From the NCBI GenBank assembly GCA_049322915.1, contig JBMOPW010000004.1:64001-128000 (forward strand): a stretch of DNA of 64,000 bases, in the 5' to 3' direction. The notes below the pieces were generated by a model that was not told where the DNA came from, searched no databases, and was given only the letters and a program-made list of their open reading frames with translations. This DNA is from Candidatus Zhuqueibacterota bacterium (lineage in GTDB: Bacteria > Zhuqueibacterota > Zhuqueibacteria > Thermofontimicrobiales > Thermofontimicrobiaceae). Below are positions 40,431-52,379 of this stretch, in pieces. The position numbers were made by a program, and so were the translations under genes. Within the stretch, counting starts at the first letter, position 1. Every line of letters starts with the position of its first letter.

Positions 40431-42095
40431 TCAATAGCTTTGTTTGTGGACGTTCTTCACAGCGCGACCGGATGGGTCGATCATGTGCCGCAATTCCTTA
40501 TCCCATTCCAGCGCGACAGGGGTGCTGCATGCAACGGACGGTCCGCCCGGGACGCAGCGCGCGGCATCGTCGTGAGGGAAGAGTTCGTCAAACATGGTTC
40601 GGTAAAAATAGGCCTCTTTTGTGACCGGCGTATTGATGGGAAACCTGAAATGGGCGTTCGCCATTTGCTGGTCTGTTATTTCTTTCTCCGCGATATCTTT
40701 CAGCGTGTTAATCCATGAATAGCCAACACCATCGGAGAACTGCTCCTTCTGGCGATTGCTGATCGAAGCCGGCAGATAGTCGCGGAAGGCATCCCGCAGG
40801 ATCTGTTTTTCCATGCGACCATTTCGGGCCAGTTTATCCTCCGGATTGATGGCCATGGCTACATCGAGGAATTCGCGATCCAGAAATGGCACGCGCGCCT
40901 CGACGCCCCAGGATGCCATGGATTTATTCGCGCGCAGGCAATCGAATTTGAACAACTGCTGGAGCTTGCGCACTGTCTCCTCGTGCAATGCCTGGGCGTT
41001 TGGCGCTTTATGAAAATAAAGATAGCCGCCAAAAATCTCGTCCGCGCCCTCGCCGGAGAGCACCATTTTCACACCCATGGACTTGATGCGCCGGGCCAAA
41101 AGGTACATGGGCGTTGAGGCGCGAATTGTTGTCACGTCATAGGTTTCGATGTGATAAATGACGTCCCGCAGGGCATCCAATCCCTCCTGTATCGTGAAAT
41201 GAAATTCATGATGCACCGAGCCAATATAGTCAGCCACTTCGCGGGCTGCTGCCAGATCCGGCGATTCTTTCAGACCAATGGCAAAGCTGTGAAGCTGCGG
41301 CCACCAGGCTTCTTTCATGTCGTTGCTCTCAATGCGGCGCTGGGAATACTTTTTGGCGATGGCCGCGATGATGGACGAGTCAAGTCCCCCGGAGAGCAAT
41401 ACGCCATAGGGCACGTCGGACATCAACTGTCGGTGAACCGCATCTTCCAGCGCGCGACGCAGCAATTTTTTATCGGCGCCATTGGATTTCACATCCTCGT
41501 AGTTTTGCCAGGTTGGATGATAGTATTTTTTCAGTGCGCCCTCTTTGCTGGAGAGATAATGGCCCGGCGGAAAATCCTGAATCGATTTGCAGACAGGAAC
41601 AAGCGCTTTCATTTCCGACGCCACATAAAAATTGCCATGCGCATCGTGGCCCATGTACAGCGGAACAATGCCAATATGGTCGCGGGCGATGAGATACGAT
41701 CCGGCATCGCTGTCGTACAGAATGAAGGCGAAGATACCGTTGAGGTCGTTCAGGAAACCTGCCCCCTTTTCGCGATACAGCGCATTGATCACTTCGCAGT
41801 CCGATTCTGTGGTGAACTCGTACGGCCGGGTCAGGTTTCTTTCCAGTTCCTTATGATTATAGATTTCACCATTCACAGCCAGCGCCAGTTTACCGTCGGT
41901 GGACAGAAGCGGCTGAGCGCCATTTTGAATATCCACAATAGCCAGTCGCTCATGGGCTAAAATCGCGTGATCGTTGGTGTACATTCCGGACCAATCCGGC
42001 CCGCGATGGCGTAGCAGTTTCGACAGTGCCAGCGCTTTTTTTCGCATTTCAGTGACATCAGTTTTAATATCGAGAATACCCAGTATGGAACACAT
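40431..42095 (-). CDS. asnB: Asparagine synthetase B (glutamine-hydrolysing)
   Basis: N-terminal MC nucleophile, HRGPDWSG, NGEIYNH, LSGGLDSS and EARVPFLD. Confidence 0.97.
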   Translation of the reverse strand: MCSILGILDIKTDVTEMRKKALALSKLLRHRGPDWSGMYTNDHAILAHERLAIVDIQNGAQPLLSTDGKLALAVNGEIYNHKELERNLTRPYEFTTESDCEVINALYREKGAGFLNDLNGIFAFILYDSDAGSYLIARDHIGIVPLYMGHDAHGNFYVASEMKALVPVCKSIQDFPPGHYLSSKEGALKKYYHPTWQNYEDVKSNGADKKLLRRALEDAVHRQLMSDVPYGVLLSGGLDSSIIAAIAKKYSQRRIESNDMKEAWWPQLHSFAIGLKESPDLAAAREVADYIGSVHHEFHFTIQEGLDALRDVIYHIETYDVTTIRASTPMYLLARRIKSMGVKMVLSGEGADEIFGGYLYFHKAPNAQALHEETVRKLQQLFKFDCLRANKSMASWGVEARVPFLDREFLDVAMAINPEDKLARNGRMEKQILRDAFRDYLPASISNRQKEQFSDGVGYSWINTLKDIAEKEITDQQMANAHFRFPINTPVTKEAYFYRTMFDELFPHDDAARCVPGGPSVACSTPVALEWDKELRHMIDPSGRAVKNVHKQSY

Positions 42096-42258
42096 TGTCT
42101 AACTCCGTAGGCTGCGAGGTGAAAAATTATACTTGAATTGAAAAAAGTTATACGCCTTTCAATCCAATTTTGATTCAATTATACATGCGTCATGAAAATT
42201 CTACTGAAAGATTCGTGTGAATATGAAAATTTAATCATCAACCGGGCCTATGAATCTT

Positions 42259-42357
42259 AAAAAAAAGTGGTTTTCGGATTTGAACTGAAACCCGGTCAGC
42301 GAATAGAGAAAATATTCCGCGGACAGGATAATTCGATAGTAAATCCGAAAACCACTT
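42259..42357 (-). terminator. Long hairpin terminator after icd
   Basis: Perfect 17-bp inverted repeat 42265-42281 / 42341-42357 ending in U8 on the minus strand. Confidence 0.7.
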
Positions 42358-42398
42358 CGTTGGTTTCGATGGAAATTTTCAGAATTTTTATTAGCTAA

Positions 42399-44678
<2,280 letters not shown>

Positions 44679-44883
44679 TTAAATTTGCAGGGAAAGATGA
44701 TAAAAGTGAAAATAAGATTCTATGAATTTCTCCTATCCTAATGAGGTCTTATAACTCGTTGATATTCAAATTGTTCTATCGGATAAAAGCGTTTTGCACA
44801 CTTTGTTTTTTTGGTGAGGAATAAAGAATAAAATCGAAACTCGACTCACTTCGAAATTATTATATGAAAAAATCCGGCCTTTA

Positions 44884-44912
44884 ATAATAAAACAAAACCA
44901 TCAAAATGTCAA
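44884..44912 (-). promoter_or_regulatory. Sigma-70 promoter of icd
   Basis: TTGACA-N17-TATTAT. Confidence 0.6.
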
Positions 44913-44963
44913 GTAAAATATAGGTGCGAAAAATGAATGTGATAATAATTACTCCGGCGTTGC

Positions 44964-44991
44964 GAACCTTTTTATTTGAACTCTCGTCTTA
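44964..44991 (+). promoter_or_regulatory. ECF-type autoregulatory promoter
   Basis: GAACCTTTTT...CGTCTTA (AAC-N17-CGT) directly upstream of the ECF sigma gene. Confidence 0.65.
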
Positions 44992-45017
44992 CAGTCAGAA
45001 AAAGGGAGCCCTTTCGA

Positions 45018-45614
45018 GTGAATCAGGATACCGTGCTTGTTGAGCGTGCGCGCCAGGGTGAGAAAGCTGCGTTTCGGGAACTGGTGGAGCGCTATAAAAA
45101 AAGAATCTACTATCTGTCACGGGATTTAACCGGGAACCATCACGACGCTGAGGATTTGTCCCAGGAAGTGTTTATCAAAGCCTATCGGTCGTTGAAGGAT
45201 TTTCGCGGCGACGCCCAATTCAGCTCCTGGCTTTACCGGATTGCGGTCAATACGAGCATCAGCCAGCGCCGCAAAAAATCCTATGCGGCCATGACGCTGC
45301 ATGATTTCATTGAAGAAGATCGTGGCGACAATCAGGATCAGGAACATTTGTCGACAGGGCAGAATCCGGAAAGGAGCGCCGAAGCCGGATTGATGCAGGC
45401 CCATATCGATGCAGCGCTGCAGCGACTCGCGCCGCGGGAGAGGTCGATTTTTGTGCTGCGCCATTACCACGATTTGCCGCTGAAGGAGATTGCGGAGACG
45501 CTGAGCATCACAGTGGGCAGCGTGAAAAGTCTGCATTTCCGGGCGATCAAACGGCTCCGGAAAGAATTGTCTTTTTATCGGGAAGAATTTGGATTGGAGG
45601 ATGCCAATGAGTGA
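45018..45614 (+). CDS. ECF sigma factor
   Basis: DAEDLSQEVFIKAY, FSSWLYRIAVN and region 4 EIAETL..GSVKS; GTG start after AGGGAG. Confidence 0.95.
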   Translation: MNQDTVLVERARQGEKAAFRELVERYKKRIYYLSRDLTGNHHDAEDLSQEVFIKAYRSLKDFRGDAQFSSWLYRIAVNTSISQRRKKSYAAMTLHDFIEEDRGDNQDQEHLSTGQNPERSAEAGLMQAHIDAALQRLAPRERSIFVLRHYHDLPLKEIAETLSITVGSVKSLHFRAIKRLRKELSFYREEFGLEDANE

Positions 45615-46446
45615 ATGCCGAAAATGTCGCGCCATGTTTGCCGAGGGTCTCAGCGATGAATTGAGCCGGGAACAAAAAAAATGGTTTTTCCACCACATCG
45701 AAACGTGTCCTGTATGCGGCGCTGAATACCGGCGGATGACACAGGTGGTGCAGACCATGAAGCGACGCACATTGGATGAGCCGGAGGCGGCGTTCTGGGA
45801 CAATTACTGGGACAGGCTGGAAGAGAAACTGTCGGACCGGCAGCGAACAGGATTCCCGCTGCGAACCTGGTGGCAGCAGTTGAACGGACGCGTTCGGTTC
45901 CAGCCACAGCTTGCCTACCGTTTCGCCGTGGGCATCGCGCTCATCGCGGTTGGGGTGTTGATTGGCAAGTTTTATTTTAGCAACAGCCTACCCACGCCTC
46001 AAATATCGGTGATGCAGGCGCAACGCGATACATCGGCGCAGCACGTGGCGCTGGAAACCCGCACCAACCGCTATCTGGATCGGTCGAAAATTCTGCTGCT
46101 GGGTTTAGTCAATTTCGACACGAAGAATGAAGACACCTACGCCCTGGATATTCCCTATCAGAAGCAAATTTCCCAGGACCTGGTTCAGGAGGCGGATTAT
46201 CTCAGAGATCAACTGACAGATCCGGCGCAACAGCAGGTGCGCGAGCTCATCATCAATCTGGAAATGATCCTGCTGCAAATTGCCAACTTCGAAAATGTGA
46301 ACGACCTGGCAGCCATCGAGGTGGTGAAAAGCGGCGTGGACGAGACCGGTATCCTGTTGAAAATTAATCTTGATATGATGAATCGGCAGGGACAACTGCC
46401 GGGAACAACCACTGAACAGAAGAAAAAAAATCAAATCCATATATAA
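45607..46446 (+). CDS. Zinc-binding anti-sigma factor (zf-HC2/ZAS) with one TM and a periplasmic helical domain
   Basis: HIETCPVC matches HxxxCxxC; TM FAVGIALIAVGVLIG; overlaps the sigma gene stop. Confidence 0.85.
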   Translation: MSECRKCRAMFAEGLSDELSREQKKWFFHHIETCPVCGAEYRRMTQVVQTMKRRTLDEPEAAFWDNYWDRLEEKLSDRQRTGFPLRTWWQQLNGRVRFQPQLAYRFAVGIALIAVGVLIGKFYFSNSLPTPQISVMQAQRDTSAQHVALETRTNRYLDRSKILLLGLVNFDTKNEDTYALDIPYQKQISQDLVQEADYLRDQLTDPAQQQVRELIINLEMILLQIANFENVNDLAAIEVVKSGVDETGILLKINLDMMNRQGQLPGTTTEQKKKNQIHI

Positions 46447-46459
46447 AAGGAGTGAACCC

Positions 46460-48037
46460 ATGTTCAACCATAAAGTGAGAATAGCATCATTCTTAACTCT
46501 TCTGACCCTGCTGGCGATTGTTTGGCCGGTCAGGGCGATTGTGTTCGAAGAGCAAGAACAGGCCGATGAAGCCTATAAAATTGCCTACAAATTCATCCTC
46601 GACGAGCAATGGGAAAAGGCTTTGGCGTCGTTCGAAAAACTGGTGGAGGATTTTCCCGAGAGCGACTGGATCGATGACTCGCGTTTCTGGCAATGTTTTG
46701 CCAGAGAGAAAAAAGGCGAGGACCTGGAATTGGTCTTTCAATGTTACGATACGTTTCTCAAAAATTTCAGCGGCAGCGAATGGGCGGATGACGCCAAATC
46801 GAATATGATTCGAATCGGACAGGATTTAGCCCGGTCGGGCAAGCCGGAATACAGGCAAATGGTGGAATATCTGAAACAGAGCGAAAACGAGGAAGTGAGT
46901 CTGGCTGCATTGTACGCGCTGCAAAATATCGGCGATGAGCGGGCGCTTCAGGCCACTATCAATTTATACGACCGGACAGAAAACGAAAATATCCGCGCGA
47001 AAATTTTGTATGTGCTGGGAAATTTTCATTCTGCGGCAGCGACCAAAAAGTTGATTGAAATTGCCAGAAGCGATCCGGACCCGAAAGTACAGCAAAAGGC
47101 GGTCTACGCATTGGGCACTAAGCGGGACGAGCAATCGATTGCAGCGTTGAAAGACATTGTGTTTTCCAAAGCCGATGGCGACGTGCGCAAACATGCGCTG
47201 TACGCATTGGGCAACGCAGACGTCAAAGACATGGCGCCGTTTTTAGGCAAGCTGGCGCGGGAAAATGAGGATGAATCGCTGGCGAAAGCAGCAACGTATT
47301 CGCTGGGGAACCTGAAAGACAATGCCGCCACCGATGAGTTGCGCAATATCATTAAATCGGCGAAGTTGCCTTCGGTGAAAGAGGCAGCCATTTACGCCAT
47401 CAGTAATCGGCGCGATGTGCATTCGCTGGATATTCTGCGCGATGCAGCCTTGAACGCCACTGATCCGCGGTTGAGCCGATCCGCAGTGTATGCGATCGCC
47501 AACATTCAGGATGAGCAGGTCATGGGTATTTTGAATGAAATCGTCGATTCAAAAGTGGATGTCGAAACCCGGGAAGCAGCGCTTTATGCAATCGGCAACT
47601 ATGGCGGCGATGGAGCCCGGGATGTACTGATCAAAATCGCCACAACCCATCCCGATGAAAAGCTGGCCAGGGTTGCGGCCTACTCGCTGGGCAATCTGGC
47701 GGAAAGAGGTGATATTGAATTATTGTACGACGTATTGAAAAAGGCTCAGTTTCCCGAAGTGAAAAAAGCAGTGCTTTACGCTGTCATGAACAAGGGGGGC
47801 AATGCCAGCGTCGGGATGGTTTCCAAAATATTGAAAGAGGAGCGCGATATCAAGTTGAGGCAGGCGGCAGTCCGTTCGTTAGCCAATTCTGATAGCGATG
47901 AGGCGGTGGCTGTTCTCGTGGAGATCATCAATAACGAAACAGAGATGATCCTCAGAAAAGATGCCGTGGCAGTGCTTGGGCAGATCGGCACGCCAAAAGC
48001 GCAGGAAGCGCTCATAAAAATATTGGAGAAAAAATAA
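46460..48037 (+). CDS. Exported protein with N-terminal TPR/BamD-like region and ~12 HEAT repeats
   Basis: Signal peptide; FPESDWIDDSRFW; repeated A-x-Y-A-L-G-N units. Confidence 0.85.
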   Translation: MFNHKVRIASFLTLLTLLAIVWPVRAIVFEEQEQADEAYKIAYKFILDEQWEKALASFEKLVEDFPESDWIDDSRFWQCFAREKKGEDLELVFQCYDTFLKNFSGSEWADDAKSNMIRIGQDLARSGKPEYRQMVEYLKQSENEEVSLAALYALQNIGDERALQATINLYDRTENENIRAKILYVLGNFHSAAATKKLIEIARSDPDPKVQQKAVYALGTKRDEQSIAALKDIVFSKADGDVRKHALYALGNADVKDMAPFLGKLARENEDESLAKAATYSLGNLKDNAATDELRNIIKSAKLPSVKEAAIYAISNRRDVHSLDILRDAALNATDPRLSRSAVYAIANIQDEQVMGILNEIVDSKVDVETREAALYAIGNYGGDGARDVLIKIATTHPDEKLARVAAYSLGNLAERGDIELLYDVLKKAQFPEVKKAVLYAVMNKGGNASVGMVSKILKEERDIKLRQAAVRSLANSDSDEAVAVLVEIINNETEMILRKDAVAVLGQIGTPKAQEALIKILEKK

Positions 48038-48134
48038 CTGTTCACCGAATCGAATGCGCCCATTCAGCGATGAGGGGATGGGCGCTTTCGCAAGACCAAG
48101 AAAACAAGCGTGTTGCATGATCGAGAGGTCCATG

Positions 48135-49466
48135 ATGAAACCTGGAAAATATCAGTTCAGTATTTTATTCTTTTTTCTGCTCGTGTGCGTCCAACCGTTA
48201 ATTTCGGATACCATCCTGAAACATCCCGATCCGACCGAACCCCTGGAGCAGCGGTGGCAATGGGCGCTGGGACAGGTACGGGATAAAGAATTGAAAGATG
48301 GTTTCTGGATCGGCTACAGCTTTCAAAAACTGATGGGCGAGCAATCGACGATCTGTTCGTCCCGCAGCGGGGACTGGCAGGATCACACGTCGCTGGACGA
48401 ACTGATCAATGGTCGGAAATCCGGGCCAGACGCGGACAAGCGCTCTGATGATGAAATCATCCGCGATGAAGCGCGGAATGCGCTGGAAAGAGCATCGCGC
48501 CGCGAACAGGAAGGGACTAAAATACTAAAGGAAGTGGCCGTGCTATTCCAGTTTGGCCGGGAAGGTGGACTGCGCGATGTGCAGGTCAATAATATCTCGC
48601 TGTCCGTTGATCTGGGAAAACTGCCGCTGATCTGGCTTCATGGCGCTGATACGGAGCAGAGCATCCACCGCATTGAGCATATCTATTTTGAAATGAAAGA
48701 TAAATCGCTGAAGGACGAACTGATCACAGCGGCCGGCGTCCACGAGAGCTCCGAATGCGTGGTGGCGTTCCTGAAGCGCATCCTGGAAAGCGACACCTCG
48801 CTGGATTCGCGCGAGAATGCCGTGTTCTGGCTGGGTCAACAGGATCGGCGGGACGCGCTGCACATATTGGAAAACGCGGCGCAGAAAAATAAGTCCCAAT
48901 CGATTCGGGAAAAAGCAGTGTTTGGAATGAGTCAAATGCGGCTGCCGGAGGCCACAGCGGCGTTGATCAACCTGGCGAAAAGCGCAGACCACGAAGACGT
49001 GCGCGAGCAGGCCATTTTCTGGCTTGGTCAGAAGGATGATACTCAGGTGGTGAAATTGCTGGTCGCCATCGCCAATGCGGATCCCTCGGAAAGCGTCATG
49101 GAAAAGGCTGTGTTCGCATTGAGTCAGCAGTCGAATGAAGTCGCAGTGGAGGCGTTGATCGATCTGGCCAGGCGCGGAAAAACCGAAGGCGCGCGAATGA
49201 AAGCCATTTTTTGGTTGGGACAAAAAGCATCAGCGCGAGCCGGCGAGGCGCTGGAAGACGTTGCCTATGACGATGACGATTTGGAAATTCAGGAACAGGC
49301 CGTGTTTGCTGTATCGCAACTGCCTGGAAAATATAGTGTGCCCGTGTTGATAAAATTGAGTAAAAGCCATCCCAATCCCGGGGTCCGAAAAAAGGCAGTG
49401 TTCTGGTTGGGGCAAAGCGATGATCCCCGCGCTCTTGAAACCTTGATCGATATTGTCCGTAAGTAG
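48135..49466 (+). CDS. Exported HEAT-repeat protein
   Basis: Signal peptide after GAGAGG RBS; seven repeats alternating AVFWLGQ and AVFALSQ types. Confidence 0.85.
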   Translation: MKPGKYQFSILFFFLLVCVQPLISDTILKHPDPTEPLEQRWQWALGQVRDKELKDGFWIGYSFQKLMGEQSTICSSRSGDWQDHTSLDELINGRKSGPDADKRSDDEIIRDEARNALERASRREQEGTKILKEVAVLFQFGREGGLRDVQVNNISLSVDLGKLPLIWLHGADTEQSIHRIEHIYFEMKDKSLKDELITAAGVHESSECVVAFLKRILESDTSLDSRENAVFWLGQQDRRDALHILENAAQKNKSQSIREKAVFGMSQMRLPEATAALINLAKSADHEDVREQAIFWLGQKDDTQVVKLLVAIANADPSESVMEKAVFALSQQSNEVAVEALIDLARRGKTEGARMKAIFWLGQKASARAGEALEDVAYDDDDLEIQEQAVFAVSQLPGKYSVPVLIKLSKSHPNPGVRKKAVFWLGQSDDPRALETLIDIVRK

Positions 49467-49487
49467 CGATAAAATCTTACTGAAGTG

Positions 49488-49515
49488 GCAACCTTTTCGG
49501 AGGGAGATTGTCTTA
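49488..49515 (+). promoter_or_regulatory. Second ECF-type promoter, upstream of the DUF5916-like gene
   Basis: GCAACCTTTT...TGTCTTA; same AACCTTTT and GTCTTA boxes as at 44964, with spacer 1 nt shorter. Confidence 0.55.
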
Positions 49516-49649
49516 TTGATAGGCTCATGAGAAACACCTGCAATCATGAGTTGCAGCAACCAAATCAGAAAAGGTGCTGAACGACTCCTTCGATCCGTTG
49601 AAGAGAAGCAGCCTGACCCACAAATCAAATCGCAAAAAATGAGGCCCCC

Positions 49650-52298
49650 ATGACGAACAAACTGTTCTGCGTCATTTTGATAATCCTGTCCGTAATAGCC
49701 CTGGCGCATGGCGCGGACGCTGATGTGTCCGATTCATTGATCGTTCGAGCCGCGCGTTTGGACGAATCCATCACAGTCGATGGTCTGCTGACCGAGAAAG
49801 TGTGGCAGAATGGTAACGGCGTGACGCAATTTACCCAACGCGATCCGAATGAAGGCGGTCGACCCACCGAAAAAACCGAAGTGCGCGTTGCCTACGATGA
49901 GAGCGCAATTTACATTGGCGCTCGAATGTACGATTCGGCCGCTGATTCGATCATTGCGCAACTGGCTCGCAGGGATTCGTTCACGAATTCCGATCTGTTC
50001 ATTGTCTTCATCGATCCGTATTATGACCGACGCAGCGGTTACTTTTTTGCCCTGACAGCGGCTGGCGCGCTGTTGGACGGTGTCCTGCTGAATGACGACT
50101 GGGACGATGATTCATGGGATGGTGTATGGGAAGGCAAAACGCACATCGACGCGCATGGCTGGTCGGCAGAATTTCGCGTCCCCTATTCTCAGCTTCGTTT
50201 TCACCAAAAGGAAAAATATATCTGGAGCATCAATTTCCGGCGCGATATACAGCGGAAGAACGAGCGCGATTATCTGGTGTTCACGCCTAAAAATGGCAGT
50301 GGATTTGTCTCCCGTTTCGTCGATCTGGTGGGAATCGAGAATGTCGAACCGGTCCGGCAGATTGAATTGTCGCCCTATTTCCGAACCAAGGCAGAATTCA
50401 CCCATGCGGAACCGGGCGATCCATTCAATGATGGGTCGCGCTTTCTGCCTGGTACCGGCGCCGATATGAAGATCGGAATCGGCAATAATCTGACATTGGA
50501 CGCTACAGTGAACCCTGATTTCGGACAGGTGGAAGTGGATCCGGCTGTGGTCAACCTGAGCGACATCGAAACATTTTACGACGAGAAGCGCCCATTCTTC
50601 ATCGAAGGTTCGAGCATATTTTCGTTTGGACGCGGCGGGTCCAATAGTTTTTATTCGTTGAACTGGTCGGAACCGGATATATTTTACACCCGCCGCATCG
50701 GACGGGCGCCGCAAGGCGGTTTGCCCGAATCTTATGATTATGTCGATATGCCCGAAGGAGCCCGGATCATCGGCGCCGGCAAGCTGTCCGGGAAAATTGG
50801 GACGACCTGGAATGTCGGCACGCTGCACGCCGTCACAGCCAGGGAAAAAGCGGAATTGTCGCTCGGCAATGACAAATTTTTCTCCGAGGTGGAGCCGCTC
50901 ACCTATTATGGCATTTTCCGGGCGCAGAAGGAGATTGAACAGGGCCGGCGCGGGCTTGGTTTTATATCCACCATCACCCATCGGAAATTTGAGAATGATG
51001 CATTGCGTCCCGACATGAATGATGGTTCTGAAATATTTGGCGCCGATGGCTGGACATTTCTGGATAAGGAAAAAGTGTGGGTGATTACCGGCTGGGCCGG
51101 GATTTCCCATATTCGCGGAATTCAGGAGCGTATGATCGGCTTGCAGCGCAGCGCCAACCACTATCTCCAAAAACCGGGTGTATCCCATGTGGCTGTGGAT
51201 AGCAACGCCACTGACATGACTGGCTACGCCGGTCGTTTTTACCTCAACAAACAGAAAGGCAATTTCATTTTAAACGCTGCGTTTGGATTTATCAATCCGA
51301 AATTCAATGTGAACGATCTGGGATTTTTTTGGCGCAACGATGTGATAAATGGACATGTTGTCGCTGGATACAAATGGGTGAAACCCGGCAAAATTTTTCG
51401 CCGCGCTGAATTGCATCTTTCACCGTTTGCATCGTACGACTTTGGAGGTCATTGCACATGGAGCGGCCTGTTTCAATACGGGGACTTGGATTTTCTCAAT
51501 TATTATTCATTCAACTGGTACTGGGCCTACAATCCGGAAACTGTGAATAATCGGCTCACCCGCGGCGGGCCATTGACGCTGAATCCGGCCGGATGGGAAG
51601 CGCAGGGAAGTATCGTTTCCGATGACCGCAAGCCGATTGTGGTTGAGTTGAGTCTCAGCGGTGGAAATTACCCATCGGCGAAATTCTGGGGCATCAGTTC
51701 AGCCGTGGAATGGAAGCCGGCGTCCAATATCTTGCTGGTCGTCGGGCCGAACGTCACGTGGGAACGCACAACTGCGCAGTACATCAATACTTTTGAAGAT
51801 ATGACCGCGACTGAAACCTATGGGGCGCGTTATGTTTTCGGTCAATTGGACCAGACGACGCTATCCACTGACATTCGGCTGAATTGGACGTTCACTCCGA
51901 AACTGTCGCTGCAACTTTACGCGCAGCCGTTCATTTCATCGGGCAACTATTATGATTTCAAAGAACTCGCCCGGCCGAAAAGCTATGACTTCATTATCTA
52001 CGGCCAGGGCGAATCTTCGTTCGATGCAGGGAATTACGTGGCCGATCCGGATGGCGATGGCCCGGCGCCGGCCATCGCCATTGACAACCCTGATTTCAAT
52101 TACAAATCGCTGCGCGGTAATGCAGTGCTGCGTTGGGAATACCAGCCTGGTTCCACGCTCTACTTTGTATGGACGCAATTGCGGGAAAATATTGAGACAA
52201 TTGGAGATTTCCAATTCACGAATTCCATGAGCCGGTTATGGAGCGCTGATGTGGATAATATTTTCATGATTAAAATGAGCTACTGGATTGGATTATAG
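49650..52298 (+). CDS. CBM9-like / DUF5916-type outer-membrane protein
   Basis: Signal peptide; IYIGARMYD, GWSAEFRVPYSQLRF, TVNPDFGQVEVD, EKRPFFIEG and FYTRRIG; C-terminal KMSYW. Confidence 0.8.
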   Translation: MTNKLFCVILIILSVIALAHGADADVSDSLIVRAARLDESITVDGLLTEKVWQNGNGVTQFTQRDPNEGGRPTEKTEVRVAYDESAIYIGARMYDSAADSIIAQLARRDSFTNSDLFIVFIDPYYDRRSGYFFALTAAGALLDGVLLNDDWDDDSWDGVWEGKTHIDAHGWSAEFRVPYSQLRFHQKEKYIWSINFRRDIQRKNERDYLVFTPKNGSGFVSRFVDLVGIENVEPVRQIELSPYFRTKAEFTHAEPGDPFNDGSRFLPGTGADMKIGIGNNLTLDATVNPDFGQVEVDPAVVNLSDIETFYDEKRPFFIEGSSIFSFGRGGSNSFYSLNWSEPDIFYTRRIGRAPQGGLPESYDYVDMPEGARIIGAGKLSGKIGTTWNVGTLHAVTAREKAELSLGNDKFFSEVEPLTYYGIFRAQKEIEQGRRGLGFISTITHRKFENDALRPDMNDGSEIFGADGWTFLDKEKVWVITGWAGISHIRGIQERMIGLQRSANHYLQKPGVSHVAVDSNATDMTGYAGRFYLNKQKGNFILNAAFGFINPKFNVNDLGFFWRNDVINGHVVAGYKWVKPGKIFRRAELHLSPFASYDFGGHCTWSGLFQYGDLDFLNYYSFNWYWAYNPETVNNRLTRGGPLTLNPAGWEAQGSIVSDDRKPIVVELSLSGGNYPSAKFWGISSAVEWKPASNILLVVGPNVTWERTTAQYINTFEDMTATETYGARYVFGQLDQTTLSTDIRLNWTFTPKLSLQLYAQPFISSGNYYDFKELARPKSYDFIIYGQGESSFDAGNYVADPDGDGPAPAIAIDNPDFNYKSLRGNAVLRWEYQPGSTLYFVWTQLRENIETIGDFQFTNSMSRLWSADVDNIFMIKMSYWIGL

Positions 52299-52379
52299 TC
52301 ACAACCAGTTTCAATTGATTTGAACAATGGAGTGAATCTTCACGTGCAACGTGCATTGAATAATTTAATGGAGGCGACA

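Noticed and set aside
50112..51188. Long antisense or alternative-frame ORFs (this 358-aa one, 30824-31669, 41151-41960, 56541-57326, 36772-37392 and others)
   Set aside because: They lie within well-supported genes, have no recognisable motifs, and are expected shadows of codon bias.
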